A model generated the notes under the pieces. It was not told where the DNA came from and did not search any database. It worked only from the letters and a program-made list of their open reading frames with translations. A stretch of DNA of 55,135 nucleotides, counting the filler, from Sphacelaria rigidula (Eukaryota): NCBI GenBank assembly GCA_964200075.2. It is 3 parts of 3 records of this genome, joined end to end, with 100 filler letters (N's around TTAATTAATTAA, not from the genome) between each part and the next. Parts side by side here need not be neighbours in the genome. Positions count along the whole stretch, not along the records: positions 36,829 to 55,135 come from CAXNAA020000879.1; 2 more parts are not named here. One strand, written 5' to 3'. This document shows positions 47,960 through 55,135 of the stretch, piece by piece. The translations under genes and the position numbers were made by a program. Every line of letters starts with the position of its first letter. The first letter of the stretch is position 1.

Positions 47960-48916
47960 CTTTCATGGCGATGACCTTCCACGCCCTGATCCCTTGCGGA
48001 GTAACACCTGGGGCGAAGATATCCACGAGTAGCGGGTGTAGGGGCGGGTGGGGGTCGGGGGTCGGGGCACGGTACAGAGTAGTACGTCGAGGATCGGGTG
48101 GTACGCACAGCACCGGCACCACCTCTAACCGCGGTACTTACAACACCTTTACAGACAGTATAGGCAGGACCTCTATAAAGAGTAAGTGCAATCAACAGAA
48201 TCCGCCGAGATAGCAACGAGCAGGCACCAACAAACAAACGCCAAGTGCTTTGTCGGCGAAGAATGCGGCGAAAATAATTCCGTTTCAAACGCAACATGAT
48301 TTAGAGCAGACAAACACCAACCAACAGCAACAGCCCATGGCTCTAGCTTTAGACACATGCGTTGTATCACATAAACGGAACGGCTCTTGACAGACAGTAA
48401 AGCACCTATCTCGTCATTGTTCTATCTGTGGTCGGTTGCTGGCTTCTCCTTGTCCAAGTAGTCCTCACAGGCCGCATAAAACTCCGGCATGCGATCTTCT
48501 TCGTCGGCCGCACCACCCTGTCGGCCCTGTAGATGCGGTTGCTGCGCTCACCTAGCCGCGGGTGCCTCCGAAGGAACAAATCGAACGATTTACGACCTGA
48601 GCCTACTGTCGGGTCCTATGGCACCGGCCGGTTGTCGTTTCAGAGTGCCATAACCGTCTGTTTCAGACTATCTATGCAGACCCGTTGACGAGCTGCGAAT
48701 TTCAGCATATCTTCGTTGTCCTTTTCTTCCTAACCTCGACAGTACAGTACCCGGACTATCCCTGCCAGCTATGCCCACGCTACCACTGACACGCTCCTGC
48801 AGCGAACCAATGAAGATGCCAAAGGTCTTCGCAGTAGCATGGAAGGTCATGCGATCGCTGCGTACTGCTTTCACGGCCTCTGCTGCACGTTCTGAGTCCA
48901 CCATTACTCTCTGCAT
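47960..48916 (-). pseudogene. pogo/Tigger-type (Tc1/mariner superfamily) transposase pseudogene with an intron; truncated early in the DDE domain
   Basis: HTH_psq-like AEAVKAVRSDRMTFHATAKTFGIFIGSLQERVSG and CENP-B-like GRKSFDLFLRRHPRL. Then HR*NNDEIG, an intron (48405-48008) and VTPQGIRAWKVIAMK. Contains stops and frameshifts. Confidence 0.85.
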
Positions 48917-49426
48917 GCTTAGCAGCCGATCGAGCAAAAAGCTGATTTTTAAGAAAGACACACACACCCTTATTCAGAGTGCTGTGGGATGGTGCTTTCT
49001 GCTGTAAAAGGCATGTGCAGTAGCTCAAAAGAAGCATCGTGCTCTTGTGCACACGCAACAAAAAACAGAATGTTGAACGATTAATATTTCGCGGACTTAT
49101 CAATGATTGAAACACAGGGTTCTTTAATTGGTACTGTCCAGTAATAGGGACGTTTTTACTCTGTGAGATGAACTTGTTCTTCGCCTGAAAGATCCCTTGC
49201 GTGTACGGTAAAACAGGCCAACTCAGAAAAAATATTTCACCGCACACGCGTGGCCTCGGTTGAGTCCGACGGTCCGCTTATATATTCGCCAACACACGAA
49301 AACATTCCATACTCACGAGAGGGAGTGTAGTTTCTACCGTTTGTGACCCATCGTTTGTTGTTCCGGGTCTTTCACTTTGATTCTTGTCCTACTCTCCTTT
49401 GTTCATGCTCATCTTTTCCTCTTTAG

Positions 49427-49574
49427 GGCGCCGGATACAGTGATCTCGCAACACCGGCGGCGAGCCACGTTTGTCTGGGTGTCTCTGATAGTGATGATGA
49501 TGGTCTACTCGGGGTGGTTGTTCGTCAAAGCGTATAGGCAGAGATCGAATCCTGCCATCAGCCTTAGAGTGGAG
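49427..49574 (+). CDS. isolated exon encoding a transmembrane helix (unknown membrane protein)
   Basis: Long pyrimidine tract, then ttag|...GAG|gtaggt. Encodes APDTVISQHRRRATFVWVSLIVMMMVYSGWLFVKAYRQRSNPAISLRVE. Confidence 0.6.
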
Positions 49575-49949
49575 GTAGGTCGACGTCGGCCAGGAGGGGA
49601 AAAAAGTGGGGGGTTGATGTTTTTTATTTGACTAGATGGCGTGACTTGACGTTCTATAGTCCTTCACTCAAAAAGCGTTCCGGGGACCGTAGGGTACGTA
49701 CTGTCGTATTATTGCCAACCATGGTTTGTTTCTCGCTGCTGGCCTTGAAATACTCACGTATCCAAGCACGCGAACAAGATATTTTCACGAACTGAACATC
49801 TCATGGGAATCGAACTCACGCCTTTCCGACCCCATGGTTTCACTTGTGTCATCGGCCCACCGAATGCTGTAATAACATGAAATAACATTATTTCGACGTC
49901 AAGATGAGGGAGCATTGAGCACGGGGTTTTACAATTTGGGGGTGGATCT

Positions 49950-50990
49950 TTTATTGTGGATGAACACCCGGAGGATTGAAATCTTCGTATCCAAACCAAA
50001 TATTTGAAGTATGCTCTCATTTCTTTACTTGCTGGCAGCTATTGACAACTACACGCCAAACAAACTTGAATTTCGATATAGTAGTCAGCATCAGAAGTTT
50101 TCAGAATTCGTAGTTGTTGCAGTTTCTTCATTACTACTTGAAAGTGCTAGCGCCGGTAGATTTAGGAGGGAAAGCGTAGGCCGCGCTCAAATTGCAGTGC
50201 CCAAGTTGGTGGTTCTGTGGCGATACGGACTAGACACCCCGTTCATCAGGAGGATGTTTTTGACCGTTTTTGGTCCAATAAAACAGTTTCCCGGCTCTTC
50301 CGCAACGGAACGGGAAATGTCTAGATAAATGAATACGTATATAATTCTTCACAACAACAATCGAGATCGTGTTTCCCTCCTACACTGCACAGATCTCAGT
50401 CTAGCATTTTCTGCGTTTTTTTTTTTTCGCAAAACATTTTCCATGGGCACTCGAAAGTGCTAGCGTCGATAGTTTTGGCAAAATAAATAGACCGTGCTCA
50501 AATCACAATGCCCAAGTTGGTGTTGTGGGGGCGATACGGAGTAAAAACCCCGTCTATCAGGAGGGTGTTATTGACCGTGAATTGTCCAAGAAACGTAGTT
50601 TACCGGCTTTAGCGCAGTGATGAGGTGGAATTTCATAACAGGAGTAATTTTTGAGCCTTCACTCACATGATCGGGATCGAGTCGGTCCACCGAAAACACG
50701 GAGAAGCTAACACCTGGGGTTGCACTTTCGCAGGACCCCGGAAGATCGATCAAGCCCGGAAGTCACTCAATCTTGATCGCGAATATTATTTCTTTGAATA
50801 CCTGTCAAGAGGACCAAAATTTCTTCATATACCCATTCTTTGGCATCCAACAGTCACTGTGATCAGCGGTGGCAAGCGAAACAAATATGAGAAATCTTTG
50901 GGGACCTAATAAATTGCGAATTCTGCATACTTCTGACGCTGACTACTGTAACCGAAATGTCGGGGTCCTAGGTGAAAAACCAATTTTGGA
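49950..50990 (+). repeat. dispersed repeat, long form, containing a ~165 bp direct duplication (50138-50305 / 50450-50617)
   Basis: Both ends match 34035-34200. GAAAGTGCTAGCG...TGCCCAAGTTGGTG...GGCGATACGGA occurs twice. Confidence 0.75.
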
Positions 50991-53716
50991 GGATTTTAGG
51001 TAGCTGTAAATGAACCATTTGGGTTTTGCGTAGTTATGTGAAACGGTGATATCTGACAAGGTTGTCTGCAACATAGAAGTTACGTGCCCATTTGTTTATT
51101 CCGCCACTCGTTTCGCTTGAAACAACCATGAGCTGGGCCGGCCTAGATGCGGATTTAAGCTCTTAAAGCAATATCTCATCGACACAGACGAGTTGGGCCG
51201 TGGTCCGCATATCGCATTAACCGGCTGATCAAGGGAAAGGTGCCCATCCGCTCACAAGTCTGGGCCACTTCTTTCTTGTTGATTAAATACTATGTTTGGT
51301 AGTTCCTACACCGTACGGAGATAGCGTCCATACTGGAGTCTATGTGAAACCCCGAACGATATACCGAGCGGAGGATGGCGATTTTCGGTGTGGGCATTCC
51401 CTGGAGCACGCGGAAATGATCGATACCGTCACTTTCGTCTAATTCGTTATTTGTCTCATGATATAGCGCACACAGTTTTCTATATTCAAATCAATATACT
51501 TCGAGCAGTGGCACTTCATGCACTAAATCTGGATATTGCGCCTCAGTTTTGAGAGTTGTGCTTTGAAATTTCGTTTGGAGAATCGCTAGTGCATAATGAA
51601 CAACAATATCATCATCATTTTTCGTTTTTCTTCATTTTTTTCTTCAGGGGAGTCATGAGGAAAAATGCACAGTGCTCTCGGATCTCATCTCAGTATTTCA
51701 GCTTATTTATAACAAATGAGATTTGAAACTCATCATGAAGGATTGCAAAGGCATGCCAAAGGAAAAAAATGGACCCTTCATTTTTTGTTTCTTTGGAGAA
51801 GTACGGATCCTCTCGTGAAAATACATGTATATATAAACGTTTCCCACGTTTTTTGGTCGATTATGGCCTAGCGATGTCTCACACAAAGATTCAAAGCACA
51901 AGTACCAAACCTGGGCCGGTATACGGCCTGGAAAATATTGTTCCGAATTTTGACCCGCCCGGTTCTTAAATCACCCTGTCTCACTCGCAAAATTGAGGTG
52001 AGACAGGGTCTGCAAACCACAAAAAGATTTTTGTTCTTGACCCTGCCCGTCGCGCGCAACTATATATGTAAGGGAATTGAAGCCATCTGAGAACATAAAT
52101 GCCGTGGTCGTATCTGGTACGGCCTCGTAGAGACCAATTCGATTCGACGGCATGTTTTCGACTCGAAAATGTTTTTATAAGACACTGCCTAAGTGTATGT
52201 TTTTGTATCAAGCACGTTCGAACACAATGTGCTACTATCAACGAGATTTGGAACGGAATTTTGTGGAAGAAATGGCCCCAAATATCCCCCCTCCGTATCG
52301 CCCTATCGTAGGATGACTGTACGGCAAATAAAAAAAGCCCCCATGTCTTTTTTCGTCTGACGGCTAAAAGTGCACCCGCACATTTTGTTCTAACTTACAG
52401 CGAAAATATGCGGCCCCATTTTGTTTTTGCTGCAAGCCACAAGTGGGTCTTGGAAAAATGAACGCTGCGCACGAATAAAGCCCGAAATTCATGCTGGCGC
52501 ACATGAACACTCGCTTTTCTTTATTCTGCTGTGCGCCACAGGCCCGTGCCTGGGGTGCCGTACTGTCTACCCGATAATGATCTCATGGTTTGATGGCCCA
52601 GTCATCTCGCATGTCGCCGAGCAGTGGTCCGGACACTCTTGGGTCGCCCGTCATCCTTTCACGATTTCCCCTCATTTTCCTTCGGGTTAGATGGGCTGTG
52701 GGAAAAGTTTAGACAGCAAAAGAACAAAAGAATGACAGACGTCAAGCGGTTTTTACTCTTGTTTTTTTGTCGCATTTTTTCCGCCCTCAGTTTGCCCTTA
52801 TTGCGACACGTACTACCTCTCACCAACCCTCGGGGTATATATTTCAACTCGGGGGCAAAAAGTCGAACGACCCGCAAAACGTTATGGGGCACATGACGTC
52901 ACCTCACCTCCCTACACTTCCCGGTCAAACTACAGTCGAGAGGCACCATTTGCTGTCATCAGTAGATGCAATACATCACACCTCACTGTCGCAGCCGGTT
53001 TCGTCTACCAACATCAAATATCGCAGTTTCATCAGCTGAACTAGATACGAAAGATTTATCATTTTCGATGTCGACGGCGATTTTCGAAATATCAGGTCGG
53101 CAGGTACCGGTACCCTACGGTAACGGTGTGCATGGACGGGGCGGCGGGCGCAGTAGGCTACGGCTGTGACTACGAGGAGTGGCCATGTGCTGCCGAGGCG
53201 GAGGCATACGTCTATGGTGTTGATGGATTCGTCGAGAAGAAAAACGTCGATAGGTCGATCCCAAATGAGGTGATGTATGGTGAATAGAGATGTGCTCCGC
53301 TCCGTCCACTCCGGATATCCGCTCCGTTTGAAAAAAACACACGGATAAATCCGTTTCATATCCGGACAACGCATGACGCGGAAAATCCGAAATCCGGCTA
53401 CTAATGCCGCCCATAATCCGGATAAGGCGCCCAACAAGCCCACCGAGCATCAATTGCCGTGGCGGTCATCCAGGATAGTCGTGTTGTAGACATTCCCGCC
53501 GACGAGCGACACAGCGCCGGTGACAGTTGAGTCATCGGCTGATGACAAAAACCAGAACGAAGGGTCAGAGGTTACGATTCTGCCTCGAGACCCGGGAAGA
53601 CAGGCACGGAAAGCAAGATCGCGCTAACAGGGCGTCAACACCGCTCCTGTGTGGAAGTTTTTTGATGAAAGGAAGGATAATGACGTACTACTTGCTTTGT
53701 GTAAGGTGGAGGGATG

Positions 53717-55030
53717 CAGTGTTGGAATTTGTGAAAATAACAGTTCCGAATATACGTACTCGTGATTGGCGGTAAAACCAGTTACGGTCCATCGTCAGAA
53801 CAAAGATCATAAGAATATCCGAAGTAGTGAGATATTCGTCGTAGAATAATACATAGCCTATGTACTGTAAACAACGTTTTCGTGAGATTGAGAGTAGAGG
53901 ATACGATTGAGAGTGAAAAGCGGTCAATGAGTGAATTAATCGTTTTAATTCCGAAATGACCCTCCACGAGGCCCGATATGCTTTCTGTTGTAGCTCGCCA
54001 TTGAGGCCCTAGATATCCCCGAGAAGGATATCGACGTGTAGCTGTAAGCACACGCGAGTGATGAAGGCAAAGAATATCACGCACGGAGCGAAAAATTGGC
54101 CATGTTGAAGCGAATGATCAAAACCACTCTCAATCAGCGTTCTACTCTCAATCTCACGAAAACGTTTTTTGTATAGCTCGTATACAGAGAGTCAGCATAT
54201 TGTCAGAATACTGAAGGGTTGAGTACGAAGAGTCCAAGCTATCAACAATGTGGACAGACAATTGTATAGTGTCCAAGAGTTTTGTCGACAGAGTGAAATA
54301 GCCCCACGCTATTTACTCTCTGCAGCGACCCACCTCAAGGAAGCCTACCAGCTTGTCATTAGTATTCTATGGAGTAGAGACTGATTGTGTTTGATGTTGC
54401 GCAAGGCTGATCAACCTGTTACAGTACCCGTGAACGAGGCGAATGACCTGTTGAAATACAATTCGCTATCGTGGCTTGTGTATAAAGTACACAGTGTTCA
54501 ACTGTCAGTAGACAGGGGCAATCGGTTCAACTTGTGAACCCAGCTCTAACAAGAGAGCTCGCAGAGGCTGCACAGTGTTGGTTGAACACTTGTTTGTGCG
54601 AGAGAGAGGATGTTTAAACTTGCCGCTTCATCTGGGCATTACTCAAATTAAACACATGAAGCACTTGGTTCCTTATCAACGCAGAAACCAATAAGAAGCT
54701 GATGAGCTTCTTTGAGGTGGGTCGCTTTGGAGAGTAAATAGCGTGGGGCTATTTCACTCTGTCGATAAAACTCTTGGGCACTAAAAAATTGTCCATCCAA
54801 ACTCTTGATACCTTAGACTCTTGGTACTCAACACTTCAATATTCTGACAATATGCTGATTCTCTGTACACGAGCTGTACAGTACATGAGCTATTCATTAT
54901 TCTACGACGAATATCTCACTACTTCTGTTATTCCTACGATTTTTGTTCTAACGATGAACCGTTATTGGTTTTCCCGCTAATCTCGACTATGTATATTCGG
55001 AACTGTTATTTCTTAAACTTCCAACATTTG
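53717..55030. mobile_element. non-autonomous element with ~340 bp TIRs; left TIR interrupted by a MITE
   Basis: AAATAACAGTTCCGAATATAC, GAAGTAGTGAGATATTCGTCGTAGAATAAT and CGACAGAGTGAAATAGCCCCACGCTATTTACTCT all have reverse complements within 54690-55026. Confidence 0.88.
53872..54168. mobile_element. nested ~300 bp MITE
   Basis: Perfect 26-bp TIR AACGTTTTCGTGAGATTGAGAGTAGA / TCTACTCTCAATCTCACGAAAACGTT. TGTA (or TA) is duplicated at the insertion site. Confidence 0.88.
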
Positions 55031-55135
55031 ATTTGAGTAACACCCGGATGAAGCGGCAATTTTAAACATAACGTGGAAAAAATAGGGCAATGTTCCCGTC
55101 ACCGCTACTACTGTTCTCTGCCACACACATGCCAG

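Noticed and set aside
51973-52009. 12-bp perfect hairpin as a Helitron 3' end or terminator
   Set aside because: No CTRR terminus or U-tract lies at the expected distance.

Overview
Eukaryotic, intron- and repeat-rich genomic DNA, most likely from a brown alga (Phaeophyceae). That assignment is inferred from the EsV-1-7 repeat gene and the long GT-AG intron style. Two protein-coding loci are well supported. The first is a minus-strand EsV-1-7 cysteine-rich repeat protein (9 repeats, with decayed extra repeats upstream). The second is a 12-exon plus-strand BCS1-like AAA+ ATPase (22126-30863, about 924 aa by manual splicing), with a ~390-aa low-complexity insertion after Walker B. One further orphan exon encodes a transmembrane helix. 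The rest is a nested mix of transposable elements: a decayed RTE-type LINE, other LINE fragments, tRNA-derived SINEs, an intron-containing pogo-type transposase pseudogene, and a 6.6 kb TTAA-flanked element with ~1.3 kb terminal inverted repeats (TIRs; Kolobok-like). There is also a family with CACACGTCGGACAG TIRs and perfect 8-bp target-site duplications (TSDs), piggyBac-like miniature elements (MITEs) and a tandem array of long hairpins. Two N-gaps carry an artificial TTAATTAATTAA spacer. All calls were made by eye; no database search or folding computation was run.
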